64,000 bases of DNA from Pocillopora damicornis (lineage: Eukaryota), in NCBI RefSeq assembly GCF_003704095.1, contig NW_020843823.1:186001-250000 (forward strand), in the 5' to 3' direction. Below the pieces are notes generated by a model that searched no databases, was not told the DNA's origin, and saw only the letters and a program-made list of their open reading frames with translations. The stretch's first letter is position 1. Each line of letters opens with the position of its first letter. Shown here in pieces: positions 27,205-40,900 of the stretch. Both the position numbers and the translations under genes were made by a program.

Positions 27205-27527
27205 GGTGATCTAAACGCTGCAACAAGAGGTCCTTTTATACGATCACTAATTAGCTACCTTTTTTTTCTAACGAGCTGTAAATAGGCGTCAGCAAGTAAG
27301 CCGCCATCATCACGATTTAAGGGAGCGTATGCGGAGTTAATATGCCAAGCTTCCAAACAAACGGCGCTGGTGGTAACGCTGATTAGTGGTGACAATTTTA
27401 GACTTATCCCACCCATTTGTATGGTTAGTTAGGCATGTGTGCTCCGATAAAGCTGAATTTTCTTTTTTGCAAAAGAAAACCGCTTTTTGGTGCTCTTTCA
27501 AACGCGTACCAAACTGACGTTTGGTTC
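27205..27527 (-). mobile_element. Penelope-like GIY-YIG 3' fragment
   Basis: TKRQFGTRLKEHQKAVFFCKKENSALSEHTC; near-identical to 2320-2640. Confidence 0.8.
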
Positions 27528-28345
27528 TGTGTTCCCTCATGTTCTAACGAGTTAGCAAAAGAGAAAATTCTTGGAATTTAGTCGAATGCTTTAATAGGAG
27601 AACAACACGCTTAGGAATGGGAACTTAGAGTTCATTACTGCGTATTAAATCTGTGCCCCGGTGCTCACAGGCGCTGGTCATGTTAAAATCTAGGCAATGA
27701 CCTCGTACGATTTTCATTCATAATTTACTTGAAAATTTCATGTGTATTTGAAATATTCTACTCAAAAAGCATTCAAAAAGCAGTTGAAAAGGGCAGTGAT
27801 GCCTGTCACAAAATGGTTCTTCGTATTTTCGACCTATTCTTTAAGACTGCACATAAAAACCTTGCTCTTTAGCCTTTGCTTCAGAGCATCCATGGCGCTT
27901 TGTGACCGAATACGAACAAACCCAAGCTCAGAACACATAGCTCCCACAAGGCGAATAAGTAATCAATCGCTCGAGGCAAATAAATATACGCTTAAAAAAA
28001 AGACAATCAACTGACCTAAGGGGCCATTATATTCCAAAAGTTATAGAGCAACGTGTTAGTTTCGCATCAGCTCTTTCCAGTGACGCTATCGTTTATTTGT
28101 CACGGCTGACAGAGGAGTAGTCGAGGGTTCCCCTTCTGCACAAGAGAATCATTTTCATACCAAGAAATATAATTTTCTTCACTTAGCCGGCTGTGTATGA
28201 AAGGCCGTGACCACGGTAACAGTACACCTAAAGGAAAAACGGCAGAAACCTACCCCTTCAATCCTAGAGGCAGTCTGCAACTGGTTTATATTTCACTTAT
28301 TATTGTATATTTCAGGTCTATGATCTGTGGATATCTTTTCGACCG

Positions 28346-31034
28346 ATGGCTTCCAAAATTCAATACCAGGCTGTTATAATCGTCTGCTTCTGCTGTGTTG
28401 TGCTATCTACTTGCTTAAAAGTCAACTATGTGAGTTACTGTGGTAAGATCAAAATTATTTTACTCGTTTGTGCCCAAAGAAAAGCGCAAATGTGACCTTT
28501 GTTATATCGTTTCGCGCACAGAATAGTGAAACTGAATGTTATATTTCGGAAGGTGTTTTGGCCATTTAAAAATTGGTGGGGCAGCACAAGAAAACTTGGT
28601 TTTATCAAATGAGTTGATAATGTGAATTGGACACCACAGAGCCGGATGGTAAAGCTGACATGTCGAGCTTTGAAATCACAAAAAGTTTATTTCTAACTCT
28701 TTGGCTATTCCATTCCGTTACAGGTCCGCCAGATAAAACGTTCGCGTTTAAAATTACCCCATGGCCAGTGATAAAACCTGGTGATGTTCTCAATCTAAGT
28801 TTCAAGCTCACTCCTTGTAAGTTTTGAACTTTATTCTCAGCCCAGCTGTTTCAAAAAGTGGTATCTGTACAATTTCCTAATCATGTAGCTGTACTTCAGT
28901 AAGGTATTTCCCACATACCTCGAGCCTGAAGAAGTCCTCCAGTATTTCCGCAGTGTTCATTCACGAGTATCTGTTAGGAAAAACCTTCAGGTTTCCGTAA
29001 ATTACCGAATTACCTGAAATATTCTAAGCTTACGTATGCATCCTGTCGATTTTTAATGTCAACATTGATTCCCTCCTGCAGGCATCTCCTGCATGCGAAT
29101 TTAAACCAATGATGTCAGTTAAATGTGATTCATTTTTTAATCATCTTAAAAATTTTAAGTGCAATACATGCAACTTTATTTCTGATTACGCTGTATTTTC
29201 TAAAGTTGTAGACGTTTTTTATTCAACACTCCGTGCTCGCATTACCTCGAAGAAAGACCACCAAGTGTTTATTGATCGTGTGATGAATTTAGGATGCAAG
29301 CGCACCAAACTACTTTGCAACCTGGCGGCAGGAGGTTTGTGTGTAAAATCGAAATTCCTTAGAATGGTTTTTTTCTTCTAAAAGTTGCCAAGGTTAACTC
29401 CTTTTTGCTGAAGATAAATAATTGGAATTCTGCAACCTTAGATATTTCAGTTCTAGATTCGTTTCATCTTTAGGCTGTTTACGATGTGAAATGACGTTTT
29501 GCAATGATGTTCAAACAGAATCACCAGTTAAAAACTCGTACAAATATACAAGATACACCCCTAGTGAACACAGTGGTCAAAACTAGGGCATGCTCGAGGG
29601 ATCAAATCTGGCCGGCTGAGCACCGAATTTCCCGCGCAAAAATTCTAAGGAAAACATAAGAAAAGAAAACCACTGTCTCACAAAATAAGTAGAAGGAAAT
29701 TGAAATGTTCACAGGAATCTGTAAAAGGAAGCAAAGGAAGGGAAAAGGAAAAAAATAAAATAAAAAACTCGAGACTTCGAACACCAAGCTTACTCAAGTA
29801 CGGGCATCCTCAGTGTCGATTTAACACACTGTTTTGAGTTTTACCAAAACCTTGCACGCGTCTAAAACACCATAACTTAATGGCTTGTGTGCTTGTTTAT
29901 AACTTCTGTGAGACAGCTTGGCTCTGACAGCCTGAAAAGACGCCACCTAGTCATAACAACGCTCGCACACACTTAACGTAGGCGCAGACGCTTGAACGCT
30001 GTGTTCCCCCTCTACCACTAAAAGCCTTCCAAAGGTGTTGAGTGTATTTGGCAGCTTTATAACCTGACCCTCCATCTTCGTCAAGTCTCCGCGCGGGCCA
30101 AAGTTTGATTCACACCCACTAATCTAATCTCGGTTTCTTATGCAATCCTATGAGTAATATAATGACTTACTTAAGACGGCAACGTTAGGTGAGCAAGGAG
30201 GGGTTTTGAAGTCAACTAAAAATTGAGGAGCTTTATATGTTTTCCCAGAAACCTTAACCAAGTCAGTCAATGGAATACACGTGGGGAATTTTTCACCTGG
30301 CCTAAAGGTATTTCAAAATACAATCACTATCAGTCAGTTCACCAGCTCACAATTTTAATTGCATCCGAACGCAGGGTCATCTATAGGTCATTGGCATCTC
30401 TGATCAGAGGTTCATACTTTTTCCTTCTCGTGTAGCTGAAATTAAACAGACAAGTAACAGCAGCGAGGATTTTCATTTTCAATTTTCTTCCTTCACTGGT
30501 TTGTTCCTCATTTTTTCTATTCCTTTGCAGTCCATGTATTTTCCCCCGTCCCTCCCTCTCTCTGTCTCTCTCCATCTCTCTGTGCTCATTCATTCATTCT
30601 TTCAGTCATCGATGAACCCTTTCAGTATTGTTTCTTTCTTTTTCCTCCTTGATCTTTCTTTCATTTTTGTCTCCTATACTCTCTCATCAGTTTCCAATAC
30701 AACATCAACCCTCTTAAATCCTTACGAGATCTTAACAGAAGACCACGTCCTTGAATTGGTCCTCGTGTTACTCTGATCACGGGGCTCTGTTCAAGGTTGA
30801 GGAAATTGGATATACAATTGTTTCTTACATGAGCCAGTGTAATTGAAATTTTTTCTTTTTGCTTTAACTGAATCAACAAGAAACATTAAGTGCTAAGGCT
30901 TTTCCAAGTATTAATGTTTTTTTTGTGTGTGTCTAATTTCTGTTTCAAACCAGGGAACGGTGACAGGGACAGTTGCGCTGTACAATCAAAACCAAGTAAT
31001 GTGGTTTTGTATTAAATTTGAAGCAGTCCTATAG
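28346..31034 (+). CDS. Secreted ML-domain (MD-2/NPC2/GM2A superfamily) lipid-binding protein, 152 aa
   Basis: Exons 28346-28442, 28724-28816, 29206-29334, 30249-30307, 30954-31034 (all GT-AG, 459 nt). Protein: MASKIQYQAVIIVCFCCVVLSTCLKVNYVSYCGPPDKTFAFKITPWPVIKPGDVLNLSFKLTPFVDVFYSTLRARITSKKDHQVFIDRVMNLGCKRTKLLCNLAAGETLTKSVNGIHVGNFSPGLKGTVTGTVALYNQNQVMWFCIKFEAVL. Signal peptide and ML hallmarks (YC, I.P.PV..G, C-x6-C..AGE, C-terminal C.xF). Confidence 0.8.
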
Positions 31035-33239
31035 GTTGAGTGTGTACAAGAAAACCGATCTTACAGATTTGTAAAATGTTTAATCCTGGGTTAATTTTTT
31101 TTTGCTTATTATAACTTTTAAGTAATTTGTTATCTTTAAACTACGTAGCTTTGATCAATGTCCATGAACGCCTTCTGATTCGTGAAATAAGAAATTTGTA
31201 ATATTTGTAAAGCGCCGATGAGGATATATCTTTCAAACAGCGTTAAATAAAGAAAAAAGGATTGGATCGTTATTAATATAGTGTTCGTGTTAAATTGTAC
31301 GGGAATGTTAAATGATTCTTGATAAAGTGTTCATGGAAGTATAAATGGAACGACCAATGTGACTCTTTTACTGTCGATGTTTATAGTTTTTCCATTTCTA
31401 CAGTATACAACCGTCCGGCCTCCCCCACGTTTTAATAGCAAACACGTTACTTGCAAAAACTGATGATTGCGTTCGTAATCAAATCACAGTCAAAGCTCTC
31501 TTTAAAAGCATTATCGTAACAGGACATTTCATGCTGCTCACGCGCCTGGCCTGGCTTAGACCAGCAATCCAGATTTCTAAAGCTAATACTTAAAGTAGTA
31601 ACATCATGATCCTCTATATTAAAGGTAACGAAGGCAGTTTGTTCAAGTTTTGATTCCATGTTTGCTCTCGAAGTGAGATCATTTGACTATACTCTACACC
31701 TGTATTATAGGATAAATTTCGTAAACAAATTGCTAAACAACTGACAGTTTTATCATTAGCATCTGTTATGTAAGTTATTCTTTTTACTAAAGTTAAGACA
31801 GAAATAGCTCAAGAATATGATCATCTGCTAGAAGAACGCACTCTCGCTCGAGCTATCGTCAAGTTAAGCTCTGATTCTGCAGGTAAGCCGGAATTTTAGC
31901 AATTGTAGAGGAGAGGCCTGAAAATTCGGGCTTCGACGCGATTCGAACCGGAACTTTTGATAAACTAGTTATAGTTGGTCGGCTACAACCAAGTGAACTA
32001 CGAAGCCACACGTTGGGAAAAATGCAAATTTCAAGGGTTCTTTTTCCATGTGAAGGAATTTGATTTGGGAAATTTTTTCATTAAAAACTGAGGTTAAATT
32101 CCTCTAATTTTTTCCATGGTAAGCTGATCATACCCGTTAGATTTTTCTGCAAGGAAAGTTTCTGTTTTTAATCACAGGTCGGCGAGAGGCCATTGTGAAA
32201 CAATTATTATAATAATCATTTCCTACATTTCTGTTGCATACAATTCGCTAATTCAGCCGGTAAAATTTCCTCTTTTCAAAGGTAACAATTTATTTTCAAA
32301 GTTCTATCAACGCTGACCACAAACATCTGATTCTTATACAAGGAACAGTTATGTTTTGTATTTTTTCTACGCGCGGGTGAGAGGCCATATGCATAATTAT
32401 AAAGTTATTTTGAATGTAGTGTCATGGTAACCATTGAGAAAATTGCATCTTGAATAGATAGTTTAGGTTGTTTAGTGGAAAATGTCTTTTAGTGAGGCTA
32501 AGCTTAGTCATAATATAAGTGACAGGTAACCACGTATTTGGGGCAGGAAAAACCGTTTCGACACCAGATCAAGGAAAAATTCTTAAAGCGAAAAAAAAAC
32601 AGATATAGACACGGCAGTCGAAGCAGAGAGTAAATAAAGCATGCTGATCTTTTCAGTCTTCCCCAAAAGAGCAACAACAAGTCGATAAAAGCAAAATTAT
32701 CTATCAAACGTGCGTAATGCAAATGCTTTTCGAAATCTTAACCACAGTAAGCAAAACTAACCCTTCCAAAACAATCGCTCCAGTGAAAAGTTCGTGTCCG
32801 GCTATATGTTGACAGCCTGTGCGTTGTAAGTGAAGGAATGGTGCACATAACACGTATTAACTTTTAAATTCTAGAAAAATGTTCTACCGACCTTTCTAAC
32901 CCCGACAGATCATAGCAATGAAGTCCGCAGGAAGGACAGAACCATTACACCGGGTAGATTAGCATACAATTCGTTGACGTTTTATCAATTCATGGGTGAT
33001 GTTACGAGGAGAAATTGGATGCTGGTAACACTTAGGGTTTAAAGAGTTAAATCTTGGAAAACTTGTGAACTTGGAAGGAAATTTCCCCTCTTATCTCGAT
33101 TATTGCTGCACCTCTCTTTTTAAAATGAATAAAATGCCCTCATATTTTGATTTTGTTTTCCTGTCTCAAGAAGGAAATGTGGACCTTCCAAGATAGTGGA
33201 GGTTGAAAATAGCACTTCAGAGAGGAAGATCAAGCATTG

Positions 33240-33480
33240 AAGTCGAAATTATACGGTGTTGCAACAGATAAATGTGGAAAGTCGGATATCGAAAGTTCAC
33301 AGTCAGCCAGATTAGAGGTCGAAAGTCGCAAATTAGAAGTCCCTGGCTGGAAGTATAAAAATTATTCGTCAATGGTTGGAAGTAAAACTCCGAACGCTGG
33401 AAGTCGGAAAATTAAAAGTCGATAGTCGGAAATGAAACTCCGAACTCTGAAATCGAATGTCTGAAATTAGAAGTCGGATA
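33240..33480 (+). repeat. Degenerate short-period (gaagtc(g/c)gaa-like) simple repeat
   Basis: Recurrent gaagtcg/ggaagt/gaaatt units. Confidence 0.45.
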
Positions 33481-33804
33481 AACTGTTGTAGCATTAATTT
33501 GCGGGCCGGTAACAAAATCAATAACATATTCTTCATTGCCCCGTTAAATATCTAATGATGTATTGAAATCCAAAGTTAAGTCATTAAGAGTCCATTTAGA
33601 TAAGGAAAGGACAAATGTCAAGTTTTTCGGGGATGGGTCGAGGTGAGTATTGTATTTTTCTTTCGTTTATGTTTTATCTTTTTTTGATTGTTCCTTTTTA
33701 TTCTTTTATTAAAAGTTTAGGATCTATCTTTATTTTTCGGGGCAAACATATATTTCGTTACTCATCATTTTACTTTTCGACGATCACATGATGCATATTA
33801 TGAA

Positions 33805-34170
33805 ACTGCAGCTTTAAAAACTGCTTCTTTGCTTATGATCAGATCATGCGTAGCCACTACAAAGATTACACCGCTCCTTTTATGGCAACCACGTGATGGA
33901 TAGACATCGCAACTTTTAAACTGCTTCCTTGTTGACAAACACATGATGCACTGACATGCACCGCAACTTTTTAATTTCTTCCCAGGTGACAAACATATGA
34001 TGCATGGACACCACAACTTTAAACTGCTTCTTTGTTGACAAACACATGATGTATGACTGCAACTTTTAAACTGCTTCCTTGTTGAGAAACACCACAAATT
34101 TCAACCATGGAGAAAACAACTTTTAAACTCCTTTCTGATGAATACTCAGCATGTAGACTCCACAAACTTC
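33805..34170 (+). repeat. Degenerate ~40-50 bp tandem repeat
   Basis: caacttttaaactgcttccttgttgacaaacacatgatg variants at ~33910, 33965, 34015, 34060, 34117. Confidence 0.65.
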
Positions 34171-34494
34171 AACTGAAGCTGTACTAAAAAGTTTACCATC
34201 ATTAGACAAGGTTTGTTTCCATCTACGTCGTTTTATACTTCATCCAAATTCCGCTCTTGAATGGTGAACCACCTCTTCTTGGAAGTTTAGATTTCTCTTC
34301 TCAATTTTCATGAGATTCTTAGACCGGCTGTAATGAAACAAAAGATGTTACAGTTATATTTAGTTATTCAGTCATATAAATGATTCGTTTTTTAAAAAGA
34401 CCTTTGCCATCATTCAAGTAGCTAGGTCTACAATCAACAACCTGACAATGTTTTATACTAAGGGATCTAGCTTGATATCCTTCTTGTGATTAAA

Positions 34495-36845
34495 GCGAAG
34501 TTTGAATCCTCACGTCGCTAAGAGGTAGGGGCACCTTTCTCAATACATTTCCTTCAATGAGACTGTGACATAGACAATTAGTCCTTATAGCCCCTGATTG
34601 AGCTCCATAAGCTTCACTCTCCGTCACTGCGTCTTCTGTGAATGCCAGGTATCCTTACTCTGTGATTTAAAAGGAGAAACTTTCTAACCCAGCTATTTTT
34701 TGTTTTAGATTCATTTGCCTTCAAATGTCAAATGTCTCGGAAAAAACCCGAGCAAGTACAACCCCCACTGAAATGCAGACACTGTCCTTTGGTGGTTACA
34801 ACCGAAAACCAAAATGAATCTGGACCTCCGCGTGTAAGACCTCGGTTTAACGGCTCACTGCTCGAACCTAAAAAAGAAAGCAAACATCGAAAACAGAAAA
34901 ACGTAAATGATACGAGCTTACACCGAGGTACCAGAGGGGGACATCGAAGCATGGGCCATCGTCACTACACCCCTGGACGAGAAAATAAACAAGCAATGCA
35001 TGAGTGGAGCGCGCTAAGCTCTCCATCCAGTTATTGCAGTTCTGATTGTAAACTTTTTTACAGCTCTCCACCCAGTTGGTTCTTACTCCAACCTTTCTTC
35101 TTCATTTCATTCAAACTTTTAAAATCACATAGATAGCTTAATCATCCTTAATGAATTATGGATATCTATAATTCAAAACTGACCTGAACAGTAGGTCCAC
35201 TAAATCACTGACTTGAATATATCAGGCGTTTTATTCCAGCAAAACAATGACTGGATCTGTATAACCTGTTGATCACACAATCGAGAAGCAAACAAAAGAC
35301 AATTCTTAGAATTAATTTTATTCGTTTAAAAGATCGGATCAAAATGGTTCTGACTCTAGTCTTTTGTCTTGCTGTTTTCCAAAAATATATGTATTTCATG
35401 ATTGTCGCTGAAATATTCTTACAGTTCTCCATCAGTTGCATTTCAGTTGCATTTGATCAGGCTGTATTTGACTCTAATGTATAAATTCCATTCAAGTGTT
35501 TCATTGCTTTGTTTTCATTCGTTTGTTTTGTTGTGAGTTTTCTATTTTAATGTTTTAATTTCGCGTTAAATGTTCGGGTTAAAATGGTTCTGACTCTAAT
35601 CTTTGCTCTTGATCTTTTCCAGAAATATACACATTTCATGATTGTCAATAAAATATACTTACAGTGTTCCACCAATTAAATTCAAAATTTCAGTTGCATT
35701 TGATATTTTTACTTAAAAATAACGTATTTCCTGACTGGAACAGCTCAGTCATACTTCAGGACCTTTTGATATTTCTGATTCATTCCTTACCTGAACAGCA
35801 AAGCAGCTCATAATGATCGGTACTCTAAATGGCTGAATTGCCGCAGGCGTTTGATTCCAGCCAAAGAATAACTGCATCTGTATAACCTGTTGATCACACA
35901 CTCAAGAAGCAAACAGAAGACAATAACTTATTGTGAGATAAGAAAAATAACTACACGAGTTTTGTATACGTCGGCAGGTAGAGTATTTGACGGCAAAATC
36001 GGTGGATCTAAGGTTTGAAATCCTCATGAAAGTCCACCAGAAACTTTCATTTCACACGTTTCAGACATAATTTCTTGCAAAGGTTGACCAATATTTTTTT
36101 CTCAGCTCAACTAATAGAGCATTAGATACCGATTTTGGAAAGTCTGAAGTTTGGATCCTCATGTACGTTTACACAAAATACCTTTCTCTGCTCTGCCATA
36201 ACAGCATTCAGCAGCAAAACCGATTAATGAGGTTTGAATCCTCACGAATGTTAACCCATACTAATTTTTCTGCCAAGCTAGTAAAGCTTAGAATCCTTAC
36301 AGACGTTGACCCAGATATTTTTCCTACCCCGCTGATATTGTGCTGCGCAGTTTTCCTTGGAAGTACTTAGGATTGAGATAACAAAGACAATTAGTTACTG
36401 TGACCCCTCTCAAGTTAAGCTCTAGAAGCTTCAGTTGCCATTAATGTGTCCTGTAAATTCTGTTTTTACTCATTCATCAGTTAAGAAGGAGATTCTCTTC
36501 AACTCGGCTAAAGTGTTTTGTATTCCTTGGACTTTGAATGTCAAGGGTGCTTGATAAAAGGCTAAATATAATCCCCGCTTGAGCACAGACACAATCCTCT
36601 GGTGGTTACAGCCGACAACCGAAATGGGTCTGGCCTCCGGGTTTGAGACCTATTTAACGGCTCATTGCTCGTATCAACAAAAAGAAATAAAATAAATAAA
36701 AACAAAAACGAAAAAAAAATTGATACGAGCTTACACCGAGGTACCAGAGGGTGAGACCGAAGTATGGGCAATCTGCACTGCACCTCTCCTCGGGACGCGA
36801 AAATAAACAAGCACTGGGTGGAGTGCGCGAAACTCTTCATCCAGC
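34495..36845 (+). repeat. Local diverged duplications
   Basis: 34740-35030 resembles 36570-36845 (tgatacgagcttacaccgaggtaccagaggg identical); 35240-35302 resembles 35865-35925; 35340-35460 resembles 35580-35705. Confidence 0.65.
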
Positions 36846-37960
36846 TGGGATCGCCTCATTTGAGCTGACTGCGTGGGGTTCGAATCCTCACGAGGGACTC
36901 CGATTGTAATGTTTCTTTACTCACTATCCTATATATGGTACCATTTGATTTCTGTGATCTAACTTGTCCACTGAGAGTAAATTGTATTTTATTGAAACAC
37001 GATCTTCGAGCTGAAAAAGAAGTGTACTCGAATTAAATGACTTTTGCCGACAAGTTTGGAACAAATAGGTTACTCCCCAGACCCTCAAAATTCAATTACT
37101 CTAAGGTAAGGACTCTAAAGCTAACTTCTCCTTAAAAAAATAAAAAGACAAAAAAGACAAAAAAAACTTACTTTGGAATCTGTTTGGCCTTCTTCAGGAG
37201 CGCATGCTTGCGAGGTACATCGAGTCCTTATCTTTTTCCTGCTTCTCACAATTTCCAACAGTCCACGATGAAAATAAATAGCACATCCATGCTTCTAAAA
37301 GATCTTGTTCGAATGGCCATGAACGTCTACCTCAGCCGCTTAATTTCTTTCCTTATAAGAATGTCTTGGCTCAGTTCCAATGAGAACTTAATGTAACCTT
37401 CAACAATATGGAAAAAATATAACAACTGTAAATAAGGAATACCTCAAGTTTTCTTATCCATCACAATGGATAGACAAAATACTAATTCATGTTTGGTCAT
37501 TTGTGTACATTTATTCTAGTTTCCAGAAAAAAAAACCTATGCAATTTTGCAATGGGGTGAACCGTTAACCTTAAAACAGCGAAAACAAAATTCGCAAAAT
37601 CCAATGTTTCTTATCTACTATTTGTCATCTGTAAAATGGCCAAAATTTTCACTGTTATCGCGTAAGACCTCCGTTGGTATCTGCGCTATACAAATTAATA
37701 GGTAATATTATTTTGATTAAGATCATTTCAATTTTTTTTTTATGAAAAAAAAAATAATTAAAAAACGCCCCTCCTTTATGCCCGCTCGGTGTCACAGCGG
37801 ATTTGNNNNNNNNNNNNNNNNNNNNNNNNNNNNNNNNNNNNNNNNNNNNNNNNNNNNNNNNNNNNNNNNNNNNNNNNNNNNNNNNNNNNNNNNNNNNNNN
37901 NNNNNCGCTTCCCCTCCCACCCCACCCACCTCAAAGAGAGCTTTTACCTCAGAATTGAAA

Positions 37961-40900
37961 ATGGCGACCCGTTTCCCAGAAGACGGATCTGAAAGCAAAA
38001 GTGTAAGGAATGAAGACACAAAAGGTCAATTTAAAGAAAATATATCAAAACCCAGCTTAACTGGTGAGTTTTTGGTGATTATTGGGAGAAATTTGTGCAG
38101 ATTCTTGCATCAGCGCGGCTTCTCCAGTGAATTCACATGGAAAATGCCTACCTCAGCGTATCTGAGAGTGTGTGAAATCTTAAGAATTTTGACACCCATC
38201 TGTTTTGGATAGCTTTCCTGTGGCGAAAGTAACAAAATGGAAATTTGCAGTACTGCCTAATTAGCAGTGTTAATCATGTTCTTTGATAAGCTCCGATCGA
38301 TTATTCGATTGAATCTTCGTTTCACCGCTATTGCGGAAGTAAAGCGAACCGAATTAGACTTATTTGAGAGTCTACTCACTTACACTAACACTGATTTCAG
38401 GTTTGTTTTGAATTCTTCCTTGAGAAAAGTCGTTTTGTTGTGTCGGATTGATACCCAAGGATCTCCGAAAATAGTGAAACCTGATTAAGGAGTGTGGCAA
38501 TTATCAACGTGCGGTCCATAAAGTTGAATAAAATCGTTCTATTTACATCTTATACGCTTTACTAAAACTGTAACTGCCGTCACAAGTATGACAGAGCCAT
38601 GTGTAATTTACTCACTCGCCTTTTCAATTGCATTTCCAGGATCGCTGGTACAAGATCCAAATAAATTGAACGTTACCCTTGCAACAGATGCAGAGGGTTG
38701 GGACAAGTCTGTCAATGAACAATTTCTTCTTGAACTTGCTCAGAATCCTCAAGTAAGAGTCACTGGGTTTGTACCTAAGCACACCCCAAAGCAGAAAGAC
38801 CATGCCAGGGACTTAAACATTGAGCTGGTTGATGCCAAAGAAATCACAGGTTTTCCAGCAGTTGAGCTTCTAGCTTATCCACCTGACGATCTTGACATTG
38901 ATATTCTCATCATACACTCCTATGGGCGTGACCTGGGGCGACAAGCACAGATCATAAAAGACAAGAAAAAGTGCCAGTGGGTTAATGTTGTCCATACTGT
39001 CAGTGAAGATCTAGAGAAATTTTCTGTTAAGAAATCTGCAGACTCAGCTGCAAATGATCAATTAACTGAACACGACCTCCAGACAAGATTGTGCGAGAAA
39101 TCTGACCTTATCATTGCAATTGGCCCAAAAGTTACAGAAGCTTACAGAGCTGCTCTGAAGTACAGTGGTAAAGACCAAAGTGTGATTTGTTTGACTCCTG
39201 GAATTATTGAAGAATTCCTTGGTGTGCGCGGGGAAATTAAAGGCTCAGGTGAAATTTTCCGTGTGCTGCTCAGTGCCTCATCCAAGTATTTCTTGGTCAA
39301 AGGATGTGATATTGCCACTAAAGCTATCAATCTGTTAAAAGATTCATCCTACCATCTTATATTTGTCAGACAGCCAAAGGATAATGAAGATCAGCTGAAG
39401 AAAGCCTTTCTTGATTTAGGAATCAATCAGCATCAACTCACCTTTAGAAGTTCTGGGAGCAAAGACTTCTGGCCAAGGTTGCTTTGTGAAGTGGATCTGG
39501 TCATCAAACCATCAAGAACAGAGGGTTTTGGCATAAGTGGTCTGCGTGCCATTTCAGCAGACGTCCCTGTTCTTGTGAGCGGAAACTGTGGTCTTGGCAT
39601 GGTGTTGAAGTCATTACCCTCTGGTGCACAGCATGTAATTGATTCCGAAGACCCTCAGGACTGGGCTGATGCGATAAAGAAAGTCAGGGCAAAGGCAGTG
39701 CAAGTTCGAAAAGCAGAATCAGAACAACTAAGGAATGATTACATGCAGCAATTCAACTGGAAGATGCAATGCAATGAAATTGTCAAGAAAATGTTTTCAA
39801 TGAATCCACACAAATCTGGTGAGTTTGTTTATTGTAATTTTGATTTAATTAGGAACAGTTTAAGTTTAATTTGTGTTTGTCCTGTTGTTCACCCTCTACA
39901 GCCTAATATAATAATAATAATAATAATAATAATATAATAATAATATCAGTGTTTAAGTTCTCCATTATGTTGTTTATATGTTTCTTACTGACAGTATTTA
40001 CATTAAAACAAGGAGAATTTGCTTAATAATCAAGAGCTTCTTGACCTTGTAATTATTTTCTTTATTCTTGTCACCTTCATATTTGACTCAGGGGTGACAC
40101 TGTTGGGAGAAATAAGATTCTTATCACTCTCAGGGGCTTAGGGTTAATACATCCTAAGACAAGTGTCATTAGTTAGTCTGAAGGCAGTGTCACAATTGTG
40201 AACTAAGAGTTGCTGGTGATGGTAACAGCAAATGTCCTTAGATGTCCTTAGGGCACACTGAGGTGCATTTGCATTTGGTTTTCTTGTAGGGAATTCAAGA
40301 AAAATTTGAATTACCAAGAAAAATATTTTTGAAATGCATGTAAGCTGAAGTTTGGCCTTCTGTTCAGGCACATGTTGGATGAGTTAGCTCTTGATTTTTT
40401 TTTTTTTTGACAATAGATAATAGTCATCTTTGATTTTCAAAGCAGAGTAAAGTTGCAGGGAGAAAGGAAACTAATGACTTTTCAGTGAATAATTGCAACC
40501 TTAGAAAGCTGACTCTTGTTTACTCATTAGACTCCTTCATTGTAAATTGCTGACTGATTCTGAACAGAAGTTCTTAAATTCAAATCTTTTTGTTAATATA
40601 GCATAAATATAAATAGGCAAATTTATCACCTTTTTTATATTTCTTAGAATACAGAAAGAAAGCTGTTGAGTGGCAGTTTGATGTTGCTGATACCACAAGA
40701 GATCTGCAGTCACTGCAAGTGAATCGCGATGATGTGGATGGAGGTCCGTATTATCAGTATGAGACTGAGAAGATGAGTATTCAGGAGACAAGCCAGTTCC
40801 CTAGGACATACAAACGTGGAGACATATCACGTAGAAACATGGGAGTCAGTAATCTACCCCTTAAAGAATACAGAAAAGTTTGCATAATGCTCAACACCAA

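Noticed and set aside
31905-32040. tRNA-like sequence (also 36860-36900 and 42340-42380)
   Set aside because: Only a B-box-like remnant is present and no cloverleaf could be built; consistent with tRNA-derived SINE fragments.
38588-39937. GT ORFs read as single-exon bacterial-type genes or contamination
   Set aside because: The ORF ends run into intronic sequence (e.g. poly-Ile from an AAT repeat). Canonical phase-matched splice sites and coral-type repeats in the introns show they are host genes.
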